Assembly: GCA_964016885.1 (NCBI GenBank)
Contig: OZ024745.1
Location: forward strand, 15,624,001-15,688,000
DNA from: Eledone cirrhosa
Taxonomy: Eukaryota
Direction: 5' to 3'
DNA: 64,000 nucleotides
Part shown: one piece after another, positions 52,598-64,000 of the stretch
Layout of the letters: every line of letters starts with the position of its first letter
Numbering within the stretch: the first letter of the stretch is position 1
Made by a program: the position numbers and the translations under genes
The notes under the pieces: generated by a model
What the model saw: only the letters and a program-made list of their open reading frames with translations
Told to the model about the DNA's origin: nothing
The model's database searches: none

Positions 52598-55320
52598 CTG
52601 AAAGAAGGAGGATCACAGCATTTTGTTATGTAATTCATTGATGGTAATGAAGATGAGGGTGTAATCACTCTGAAATAAAACTTGGATCTGCTTCATGTGG
52701 TTGCTCTTCTGTACATGTCTAGCAAGCAAGAGTGACATTGTTTGTTGAGTGTAAAGAAAAAGATAATCATGTGCTAATGAGCTCTCAACAACATGTGCTT
52801 TCAGCTTCATCCAGATATGCTGCTAATATATATATATATATTAATTGAAAGGTTTATGACAAGTTTAAGGCAGGTACATTTCTTGCCTCTCTAAGCACCT
52901 CTATAACAAAAATAAAAGTTACTTCACCGTACATAACACATCAACTATTACTATTTTATAAATATATATTGACTTGGCCCAATATCACTTTCGAGGGAGA
53001 ATGGGGGAGAGTTGATTGCACTTATTTGACATGAAAAGTTTTAGCCTATAGCTCTATTCTATTAATTAGTTAAATTATCAACAAACATTTTATTCAAGAT
53101 TGAAACAATACAATAAGGGATAAGTGGTAACCGTCGTTTAGTGGAAATTATATAAGTTAAAGTGGCAGAAAGGTGAAAGAAAGGTTGATGTAATAGGTAG
53201 CAAATACAAGGTAATAGTAGCTGTTCACATGAGTGAGCCCTGACCAGTAACTTTATGATCAAAGGGGATCTAATTATGACCACATCACCTTTTATTTAAG
53301 TAGATTACTCGTGATTATGTGAAATTTCACTGCTTAGCATTCAAGATCTTTCATGCCATAGGGTATACTACATACATGAGGGCATTAATCCAAAGTCTGT
53401 CAAGTTGGTCAGGAAGTTTCTTAAAACCTAACTTTCTTTTATGAAGTTTGGCAATGTTGAAGTTTACAAGAAAGATGCCCTAGAGTTGACTACAAATATG
53501 TACGTATATGTATATGTCTATCTTCTAAGGTGGTGCTGGTGGGGGGAGGGAGGGTATGCTCCCTACATTGAAAGAATTTGGCACAAAATGATCAGACCTG
53601 CTGAGTTATGTTGAGTAAAAGTAACTGGTGGAAAAAGAAATGGAAAATAGAACCAACATTATAGTTATGACAGTTCCTGAGAACAATATTTACATCCTGT
53701 TTAGTTGGTTCTAAAATCATAGCACATATTTGGAAAGCTAATTTTATTTTGCAGCTAAATATTTATTCTTAAAACTGTTTGCAGATTACAACTTTCCATA
53801 GCTAGCAAGGTTAATACATTCTGCTATTATATAGTCAGAATATGGCAATAATCATTACATTGTACATGATGAGCTAACTGGTTAACAATTGTTAAGTAGT
53901 TAACAGTAGTAAAAATTATTGTCCTAGTTAACAGTAGTAAAAATTATCGTTCTAACAAAATACACAATATCTTAGTCAAGCTAGCAATAGTTTTCTTTTT
54001 TTTTCTTTTTCACTGACTCAAGAAAACTGATTAATAAAGATAGGATGGTCATAAAAATTACCTAAATTTCAGTCTTCTTACTTGCTCTCTCTGATACATA
54101 GCTCCACACACACACTGACACAAAATTTAATCTTTCGCAACACCCAATTCAATACCACAACCGAATATTTAGTCTTGCACACTAACAAACAATTCAACCT
54201 CACAACAAATCATTTAGTCTTGCACTCTAGCATACCAGCTACTAATAATAATCTCCATAATAGTTGCTTAGGGAATGATAAAAAAATGTAGAGAAACACA
54301 TAGACCGAAGATTTAGAAATATACACAACAGAAAAATTGCATTACTAGGCACTGTAAAGTATTCTCATTATAATAAATACTATGAAACCAAACACTGCCT
54401 ATATCTAGCAACTAGAGCTGAGCAGTGAAAGAACAAAAACTACTGAATAAAATAGGTTGTACTGTTGTTCTTTTACAACCTTTGTTATATAATTTTCTTG
54501 TTTTCTCTCTTATATAGCACTGAGATCAGTTCCAATCAGTATTATATATATATATTCACTATAACTAGTTGAAACACTAGTTATGTGTTCTCTCTAAAAA
54601 CCAGCCAATGATGAATGCAACATCTGTAGTACATAATTATTTCCAACACAATGTTATGACTTCCAATCTATCTACCTTGGTTTTAAGCACTTTAAAATCA
54701 AAGATGCTCATAATAAACACTCCACTATTTTAGAAGAAAATTAGTGTGATGTGATGATGAGTGATACAGGGATGAAATACAAAATTTATTAATACATCAA
54801 AATAGTTTCTTTACAAAACACTAAACAGGACAAACATTCTGTAAAAAAACTGATCATATTTTGAAGCCATTGCTGTGACAATCTATTATTAAAGCAATTA
54901 ATTGCAAAAACAGATTTAAAATATTGACAAGTGTGACAAAAACCTTACAGTTATTTCATTGCAATGTAGGACAGCAGACACCACTACACACACAAATATC
55001 ATTAGTGTTTTTATAAAGAACCAATCACCCACCAGTTATATTAAATTCAGCTGTTAAGATATTACAATACTGGAGATTTTCTGTCATTAGAAATAATTAT
55101 TTTGTTTAAAAATAAATACCTTAAATTAAAGCTATTGAGTAAAGAATTCATCAAGCTCACTCTTATTATATGGAGCAGGTATTGGAAGACCAGAATTATC
55201 CTTAATCCATTAACAAAACTTTATATCTGTAATTATACCACTTAGTTGGAAAACCTGGACAATTTTCAACTGATTGATATAGTTGGATTCAAAATACCAC
55301 ACTAAAATGTTTATATTAGT

Positions 55321-55503
55321 AATAATTGTTTCTACTTTTGGCACAAGGCCAGCAATTATCCCAGTACATTACTGGTACTTTATTTTATCGACCCCCCGTA
55401 AGGATGAAAGGCAAAGTTAACCTCAGCGGGATTTGAACTCAGAATGGCAAGGGCCGTAACTCTATGCTTGGCATCCGACCCTCTACCGATACTGCCAATC
55501 CAC
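55321..55503 (-). mobile_element. Group B SINE
   Basis: Nearly identical to 31027-31218. Confidence 0.85.
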
Positions 55504-55728
55504 TAATATTCTTCAACCAGAGAAGATGTTCCATTAACCTAAAGAATATAAAATGTTTCTGGAGAGGACAACAAGATGTGTGGCTAGGTTCATTCTAAGA
55601 TCTTTTTATCAATATATTAGATGTTCCTTAACCAGAAGACATTTAAGGAACTAAGAACAACATCCAACACACTAACAATTGCACTACAAAAACATGTGGT
55701 TAAAGTGAATATTAGAAGATATATATAT

Positions 55729-56070
55729 CATCATTTCATCATTTCATTTTACGTCCGCTTTTTCCCTGCTTGCAAGGGTGGGACGGGAACTGATTCTGGC
55801 TTGATTTCTACAGCTGGATGCCCTTCCTAACACCAACCTCATTTACAGTGAGTGCTGGGTGCTTTTTTGCCATGGCACCTCCACGACCACTTTGCAGTGG
55901 AATGAAATGGACCCCAGTCCCTATCATCTCATTTCTACAGCTGAGTAAACTGGAGCAATGTGAAATAAAGTGTCTTGCTCAAGGAAACAACACATCACCC
56001 GGTCTGAGAATTGAACTCACAACCTTTCGATTGCAAGGCCAATGCTCTAACCACTAAGCCATGTGCCTCC
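55729..56070 (-). mobile_element. Full-length-looking group A SINE with RTE-derived tail
   Basis: A box TGGCTTAGTGG, B box GTTCAATTC and core domain; the last ~45 nt match the RTE 3' end at 10604-10650. Confidence 0.85.
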
Positions 56071-56097
56071 ATATATATATATATATATATATATATG

Positions 56098-56141
56098 GTG
56101 AAAGCAGCGATTCTTTGCTTAAACTTTAATCTGTTATTTTA

Positions 56142-56148
<7 letters not shown>
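56098..56148 (+). mobile_element. Fragment of the 14.1/33.4-kb hammerhead family within (TA)n
   Basis: GGTGAAAGCAGCGATTCTTTGCTTAAACTTTAATCTGTTATTTTAATAAAT. Confidence 0.8.
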
Positions 56149-56177
<29 letters not shown>

Positions 56178-57454
56178 CCTTACGAGTAACAGCATACTAC
56201 ATTGGGAAACATCAAAGAAAACTGAGGAAAGACCATATTATTATATATGAAAATAAATGAAAAACCTCCGTTAATTTAATAAATATATTTGATGCTAATT
56301 GTAGAATCAGCAGTAGTAGTAGACGGTTATTTTTCTAACAAATTTCATGATTCAAAAATTAATTTTTCTACAAAGTGTGATAGTAAGTTATAAAGCATCA
56401 AGGATGGTTGTACTTCTGTTCATTTGACATTTCATATTAATAACAATGTATTAGCCTGAAAAAACAGTGTAATGCACTGTAGAATGACTTTATATACACC
56501 ATTCCATTACTTTTACCTTCATAGTTTACTGTGATGTAAGTGAATGAATCTTCTTCAAATACATGTTATAACTGTTCTATTTCTGCTGAAGATGGCCAAA
56601 ACTGCTCAAATTATCCTAATTCCAATTATAGAAAGAGAGACCTCAGCTTGTCCACTTGTTTGTTATAGCCAAGTTTGAGTTCTCACTTTTCTGCATTTGT
56701 TATAGATTCTAATAAAGGCCTGTTATCAACTCTGAGACTCATTCGGGCATTACACATCTATCTCAGATGAAACACCAATATCTACAAGTCATAAAATGCA
56801 GTCAGTGCAGAGATACAAATATAGTTAAAATATGTATTAACTTTATATATATATAAAGTTTCAAATAGCTTCATTCACTCTTTGTTTCAAATCAATTTAC
56901 ATCTTAAATGAGCATAATGTCCAGCAATAACTTAATTTTCAATAATTCCAATTGAACATGTAAGAAAAACTGAAACAAATATACTAAACTGAGTCACGGT
57001 AATTCTAAAAAACCTAAAAGGGTTTGAAAAGAAATCTTGACGAAACCTTAGCATTCCCAAACCTACCTTTATTTACTAGATAACAAAAAAAGAGTTATTT
57101 TTGATGATCCCGAAGAGTTTTCACCAAATATAACCAAGGAATTTTACAGATAAAGAGTGGAGAAAGAGAAAGAAAGAAAGTACCTTCAATGTGTTAAAAT
57201 TCTTTAAAAAATTTCCACAATGAATGTTTAGATATACGCAAATGTGAATTCTAGAATTTTCTCTTAACATTTTTTTTTCTTTTTCTTTTTTGTAGCAGCA
57301 GATGGTTTGCCTGACCATACGTCTATTTTTGTAGACATAGTCCATACTACATACATGCGTGTGTATGCATGCATACACACGCATGGATGATATTCACATA
57401 TCACAAACTCAAGAATATATAAGATTACTCACCGGTTTAAAAGGATATTCTACA

Positions 57455-57591
57455 TTAGTATGGTTTGCTATCATTCTTTGGCCTCTTCAACTGCACCTTC
57501 AGTCGTTTCATGCCAATCTGAAATCCATTCATGGCTTGGATTGCTGCCTGTGCTGACAAAGGATTGTCAAAACTCCAAAAATGGACAAATA
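57455..57591 (-). CDS. CELF2: CELF1/2 (Bruno-like) last coding exon: second half of RRM3 to stop
   Basis: [39 protein letters not shown] is the hallmark CELF C-terminus; TAA at 57457-57455; donor CCG|GTGAGT after 57433; acceptor position uncertain. Confidence 0.93.
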
Positions 57592-57747
57592 CTATCTCAA
57601 CTATCCACTCAAAGTAAACAGTGAAGTCACAATAACTTTTTTTTATTCCATAAATTACTTTGTGTCATGTAATAATGTAAAGATTATGTAAATGTATAGG
57701 AGATCATCTAAAACAGTTGCCATAATAGATGGTATCTGGACTGGTGC

Positions 57748-57833
<86 letters not shown>

Positions 57834-59064
57834 TGTGTGTATGTGTGTGTGTGTGTTTAGCATTGTATATATTATCAGTGGGTAAATATTGTGGACTAAG
57901 TGAATGTTAACATCTGTGGATCAAGCAAACACTCAACTAGTTATAGTACTTCAGTTAAGATTGTTGTTCCAAGCTGTCTATGTTGTACCTATATTCATAT
58001 ATATATATATATATATATATAAAAGGTATATATTCATCAATATATATGGTAATTTACCTGGTGGCTCTGGTGGCAAGATATTGTTTACAAAATATTGCCA
58101 CTTTCAGTTCAAACCCTGTCAAAGGCATTGTAGCTAGACAATGGATGAGACATTACATGCCTGGCTAATCTTGACACATAGCATTAGAAATGATATCCAC
58201 TTGTGACAAAGCAATGATTCTATTGAAATGATGTAAACATTTACAACTGTCCAGTGTTGTTTGGCAAAATAAAAATTCATCTGCTGTAAATTTTACATCC
58301 AGACAAAAAAAAAAAAAGAAATGCTAAAATACCATATCGTAAGGGCCGCTAAAAATAACTAGGAAAGAAAGATCCAGTCTATAAACTGATAACGGAGTCA
58401 AAATACACACCGACACAGCTGCTACTAAAAAATGACAGTGTTTGGACCATCATTAAATAGAATGTATAAAAGCTAAAAGATGAGGATACGAAACATGTCT
58501 GAACTTAGCCATTGTAGTAATATATATATATTCTAGAATACACCTAACATATATTGTAGAGGTGGTGATTTCAAACTCTATTATATCTCGTCTATAAACC
58601 AATAGAATAACAGACACCATACTGAAAAATGATTTTATCCAAAAACAGAAGGGGGAAGGACTAACGGAAATAAAATTAATGAAAAAAATAAAATAGGGAA
58701 TTTAACTTTGTCAACTTTTTTTTTTATTTTTAATGCACAGACTTTTCACAAACAATATATATATATATATTATATACATATATATATATATTATATACAT
58801 ATACATATATATGTATATATGTAGGTGGCCAGATTCCTTCAATTTTCCTTAAGTTTCATCAGAACAATATGATCATACGATATTTTACATCGATTAATAT
58901 AGATATTTCATCACATTTTTTAGAAATGTATTTTTCAAATGTTTTCATCTCTCTGTTAGATGAATTATTACATGATGAGGTTTCTGATAAAAACGTTAAG
59001 AAATTGTGGGAGGAGTGATTTAAGGAAGAGTAAAAGAAACCGGCACCTATTATTGGATACATAC

Positions 59065-59208
59065 CAAAGCACTTGCTAAGATTTGTTTGTTTATCAATGA
59101 AGACTTTGGCTGAAACAACACTTCCAAATGGAATAAAAGTCTGCATGAGGTCTTGATCACTGAACTCTTGTGGTAAATGATATATAAATAAGTTGGCGCC
59201 GTCTGGAC
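59065..59208 (-). CDS. CELF2: CELF1/2 exon: first half of RRM3
   Basis: [48 protein letters not shown]; TTGCAG| acceptor and G|GTATGT donor; 144 nt, phase 1-1. Confidence 0.97.
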
Positions 59209-59906
59209 CTGCAATAACAGGCAAGAATCACATACAAACAAGCAGTTGTACTTTGAATGGGACCAATTCTGAATCAACACCGTTATATCTCAATAATGCT
59301 AAAAACTGAAGAAATATAATATTGCCAATATAGACTTGAACATTTAACAACCATCAAGATAACAGACAGCTTATTCCACAGCAATTACTTACAATATACA
59401 AGAAAAATAACATATATATCGTTTTGCAGATAAAATTAATGTTAATTATTTCTCTACAACACTAAAAGGGAGTTAAATATAGTTGGGTTATGTATAGACA
59501 CCCTCTCAACCAAGAAATGCTTTGCCTTAAGACAGGATTTGAACTCTGTATAAGCCATTCCCAGTCAGATTGTTAACCTTATATTTCTTCTTCATGCAGT
59601 GTTTTTCAACAGTTTATTGAAAATGTTTAAATGTATTTGGTGTTTTATTTATCAACATTAAAATGAAAAAGTCATTGGAAGCAAACATTAAAAGAATGAA
59701 AATGAAATAAAAACAATATTACTCATTACAAAGCAGAAAGATAAGACAGACATAAACAGACAGCAAGCTGTTGGGTGTAGTTGATAGCAAATAAGAATTT
59801 CTAAAACTTTATTATTTCATCGAACACATGGTTTTGGTGTTTAACAATTTAAAGAAACACTTGATAAAAAATAAGTAAAGATTGCTCTCTATATGGGAGT
59901 GCTTAC

Positions 59907-59993
59907 CTTCGTTTTGTTTGCCAGCGGCAGAATTGGCTGCAGCCTGTTGGAGCTGCTGAGCTGATTGGCTATTGAATGCATTTGGAAAGGAGG
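59907..59993 (-). CDS. CELF2: CELF1/2 linker exon
   Basis: ASFPNAFNSQSAQQLQQAAANSAAGKQNE; polypyrimidine TTTAG| acceptor and AAG|GTAAGC donor; 87 nt, phase 1-1. Confidence 0.93.
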
Positions 59994-60627
59994 CTAAAGA
60001 GAAAGAGAAAACAACCATCAACAACAAAAATATTATCAAAGAGAAGTACCATATTTTTAAAAACTCAAAAGAAAGTGAAGCCAATAAACAAAAGCTACAA
60101 GTAGTCAAGACTTTGGTCTATTCACACAAAAGACCAAAATATTTGGCTTTTGATAAGGGCTACATTTATAATGAGGATTTCAATATATTGAGTAAGAATC
60201 GATAAAATCCAGGAAAATAGTAGCATTAGTTGAAAAAATGGGAAAGTGTTTTCAGTGGTGAAGAAACAACCAACGAGTAAGGGGTACTCCATACTGAATT
60301 TTTTCTTTTACATTGTTTAAGAAAGCCATCCCAATAAATTGTGAAAATATTTTTTTTTTCAATTTCAACAGAATCTAACGAGGATGGGAAAATATTTATG
60401 AAAACAAAAACAAAAAAATTGTAAAAATAAGAAAATATGATAGGTTAAAAATTGCAATTATCTCATGACCATTTTCTACTTTTTCAAAAGGTGATCATTC
60501 TCTGTCAAAAATAAAACCCATTTAGCTATGGTGAAAATGGGGAAAAACTATCAAAGAGTAACATCCAACCTTTAGTTCTCTCTAGTTTAACAGATATATT
60601 TACAATATTCAATTAAAACAGTAAAAA

Positions 60628-60836
60628 TGGTTTCTAATTTAGTTACACAACCAGTAATTTGAAAGAGGGGAGAGTTAGGTCAAATCAGCCCTAGTACTTG
60701 ACTGGTACTTTATTTTATTGATCCCCGAGGCAAAGTTGACCTAGGTGGGATATGAATTCAAAACAGAAAAGAGCCAAAACAAATACCACAAGGCATTTTG
60801 CCCAACCCTATAACAATTTTACCAATCCACTGCCCT
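60628..60836 (-). mobile_element. Diverged group B SINE (intronic)
   Basis: CTGGTACTTTATTTTATTGA...GGCAAAGTTGACCT...CCAATCCACTGCC. Confidence 0.75.
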
Positions 60837-61024
60837 TAAAATTTGTAGTAAGAATTACATAAGAAAAAAAAAAGTCTTAATGAATTATTTGTTTCAAATG
60901 ATGAAAATATGTTTATAGGTAAGAAATACTAAAATACTATAATATAAAACATTCAGTCAGACTTTCAGTTCAAAATATTGGCAATGATTAAAGCATCTAC
61001 TGTAAAGCCACACTCCACCAAGCA

Positions 61025-61079
<55 letters not shown>

Positions 61080-61517
61080 GTCTGTTTAGCAAAAGCAACA
61101 AATATAGCATGTCAAAAAGAAGGAAAAAAAACTGTTTTCTGATTAAGTGTTTCTAAAGAGTTGCTAAGTTCACAGCCTGTCTAAAACAACTTCATAATTA
61201 AAAAGGTTGAGTGACCAACAAAAAAAATGAAAAGGAAAAAAAAAATGGGGGGGGGGGGGGGGGCAAGGCAGTAGTTCCCAAATTGGTATGCCTGAAGCAA
61301 GAGAAGTTTCCACCAAATGTATCAACATGAAGCCGCCACTTTCAAATCACGCAGTTATCTCTGCTAGAGGCTCCTATAAAATACTTTTTACACTTCAAAA
61401 TGATGATTAGCTACAACTACTGCTGCCAGGTGGCTATATAAAAATATTACTTACATGTATTTCACATTAAAATCTATACTTTCTTAAAAAGTAAAATACA
61501 TGCGGTATAATAATAAT

Positions 61518-61709
61518 GGTTTCAGACTTAGGCACACGGCCAGCAATTTTTGGGGGGAGAGAGGAAAATTGAGTAAATCATCCAAGTGAATGACTGGTAC
61601 TATTTTATCAACCTCATAAGGATGGAAGGCAAAGTTAATGGTGGATTTTGAGAGGGCTGTAACTATATGCTGCAAAGCATGGTGTCCAATATTACCAATC
61701 CACCACCCT
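61518..61709 (-). mobile_element. Group B SINE (intronic, internal deletion)
   Basis: Matches the SINE B consensus. Confidence 0.75.
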
Positions 61710-62629
61710 AATAATAATAATAATATCTAAATATTTCTCAAGAAAACTCCCCCGTTACAATATATCATATTGCTGGTATCTATTATACTCTCTCTGTTGT
61801 ATATATCATATTGCTGGTATCTATACACATGTTAATGGAAATAGGTGAGAAAGAAAATAGCCATATTAGATGCTCAACATAATATTCCTTTAGCTAAATA
61901 TCAAACTCTTTTTCTGAATTGTGCTGGGTGAAAAGGAGCAAAGCTGTCTAGTTCTTGTGGATCCAACAGAGCTAACTGCTACTGAAATTGACAGGCCGAA
62001 GGGCTGATTAAGGATATGAAGCAACTTGACCATCAGGGATAGTTGTTGAGATAATGAAAATATCCAGTAAAGTAAGACATTTACTAGCCACTAGCATAAT
62101 ATATCAGATAGCACCAGGAGGTGCCATATCTAATGACTGGCATAAAAAGATGTTTCAGAAGCAACTACAAAAGCATTAAATTGATGGAAGCAATCAAAAT
62201 AATGACATAAGAATATTAACTTAGATAAGATGGTATTTAGGTTTGACAGAGTGCAATACGGAATTCTGGCAGATACTATGAAAAAAACAGGTACAAGTAA
62301 ATGGTTTAAGAGCTGAGAAGTAGCAATAAGGTCCATTAGGACGAGAAGAGCACCCATGAAATAAATTGTCAACTGCTCTAAATATTCCCCAAAATTAATT
62401 ATTTAGGTGTCGTAAGTAGCAGGACGAAGGTGTTCCATTACCTCTCTGAAAAGTACATTGCAGGAGGCTTGTGTACAAAGTGCAATATTGCATGATAACA
62501 AAATATGAGCAATCAATGAAAATGATCTGCAAAGGCTGAAAGGAAATAAGGCAAGCCTGCTCTGAATAACAGATCACAAATGAGCTAAGAGGACATTTAG
62601 ATATACGAGGAATCAGATGTAGTGATGTA

Positions 62630-62840
62630 TACAGAGAGGATGGTAGAAGCAGGAGATTTAAATGGAAGGAACGTGAAGAAGACCAAGGGAGATGTAAGTC
62701 AATATGGTAACAGCTAATCTCAAAGATGCTGAACCTTCTGAAGGAAATAACAAAGGACTGTAATATGGTGTGAGACGCTATGTTAAAGGCGACTTGTCTA
62801 TGCTATGAAAGCATGAAAAATAGGATGATGCCGATGATAA
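62630..62840 (+). mobile_element. Decayed RTE 3' end
   Basis: GGAAGGAACGTGAAGAAGACCAAGG...GATGATG resembles 10451-10663. Confidence 0.5.
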
Positions 62841-63270
62841 TGGTGGTGTGTGTGTGTGTGTTTGCATATATACAAACTAATGTGTGTTGAGGCAACACTA
62901 ATCATAAAGTTTCTATTTCAAACTTTCTCTAATCACAATTATATGCTTGAGAACCGAAATAAGAGAGAAACAGAAAAACACTAATACGACATGTAACATG
63001 ACTTGGTGGTGGTGAGATTATAGCTATTAAAATAGTGAAGAGTGTTGGTGGGCAATAGCGGTTGTGAAGGACTGTCACCAATTGAAGGACAATGTGTGAC
63101 AAACAAGAGAAAGAGATTCTGTATTGTACACTGGACATAGTAAGGTCAAATGGAATATGGGAATTTAGGTTAGTGTGAACTGAAAGTTTGATGACCAAAG
63201 CCTCACATAACTACACACAAACAGAGTCACACCTGGAAAAACTAGAATAGAACATGAAACAAACCTTTAC

Positions 63271-63492
63271 CTGGAGGGAGCAAACCTGACAAACCTGCGT
63301 ATTGCTGTATCCCCGAATATGCTTGGCTAAGAGCATCAATACCTGTTGGGTTGGTATTGGAGCCAATGCCATTCATGTTGCTTGTTACACTTGAGGTCAA
63401 ATTAGAGAGGTTTGTTAAGGAATTGTTCCCTAGATTTTGCATTCCAGTGAGGCCACTTAGTGAGTTGGAGGAGGTTGTACCAGTTATAGTAC
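63271..63492 (-). CDS. CELF2: CELF1/2 divergent-linker exon
   Basis: ...GIDALSQAYSGIQQYA(GLSGLLPP) matches the conserved CELF1/2 motif; TTTCTAG| acceptor and CAG|GTAAAG donor; phase 1-1; upstream exons lie beyond the window. Confidence 0.9.
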
Positions 63493-64000
63493 CTAGAAAT
63501 CGGAAAAAGGTTGTTTGCATGAAAAGATGTGACACAAATTAACCCTAAACTGCCAGGTAATCAATAGACTGACAGATCAAATACATTGAAATCAATGAAA
63601 AAAACATTCATACAATGGAAGACAAAAAGATGTAGTTCTAATCCTGATGGTCAACAACAACAATAACTAGCATGAAGAGAGGTTAACATGCTGAGGGGTG
63701 TCTGTTTTATGACAAATATCAAAACATATTAGGTAAGGCATTTAAAGAGGAAAGACGCAGAAAAAACGCTTTGACACAATGAAGAGGTCAAATATGCTAG
63801 TAATAATGGTAGCCAGCAAAAAAGACGATGCAAATCAAAGAAAATGACATGAAAACTAACTGGAATTAATTATTCTGGCTACTTCAATTACTTAGGACAC
63901 ACAAGAACAAGCAGACCCCCTCTTCCATGGCCTTATTGCAAGTAATATTGAATCTATTCATATTACTGGACCATGTCAAATGACAGTTTCACATGAAATA

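Noticed and set aside
55990-56070. tRNA genes (also ~300-372 and 21444-21515)
   Set aside because: A/B boxes are present but there is no full cloverleaf, and the heads run into SINE cores
58330-58430. Candidate microexons supplying the missing GFV of RRM3
   Set aside because: AG..GT-bounded segments exist but none encodes GFV in a compatible phase

Overview
Eukaryotic, AT-rich, very repeat-dense animal DNA. The SINE, LINE and microsatellite make-up suggests an octopod cephalopod (inference). The only host gene visible is the 3' part of a CELF1/2 (Bruno-like) RNA-binding protein gene on the minus strand. It has four coding exons at ~63.5-57.4 kb encoding the linker and RRM3, a 3'-UTR intron, and probably a very long 3'-UTR exon in the SINE-poor 42-52.6 kb region. 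The left 41 kb is a mosaic of two tRNA-derived SINE groups, RTE/CR1/R4-type LINE fragments, two Tx1-type LINEs nested in a (TATC)n tract, two Penelope-like elements (one near full length, RT + GIY-YIG, with ~470-bp inverted termini), MITEs, 52-bp and 86-bp minisatellites and multi-kb (TA)n satellites. The most striking unexplained structure is a set of unrelated short non-coding elements, mostly in or beside (TA)n/(TG)n tracts. They can be folded by hand into type I hammerhead ribozymes, are often arranged as sense/antisense fold-backs and mostly share a GAGTRCT-like motif near the end. A 37-bp Penelope terminus is also repeated four times inside a TA satellite. Coordinates of decayed repeats are approximate and no database search was run.
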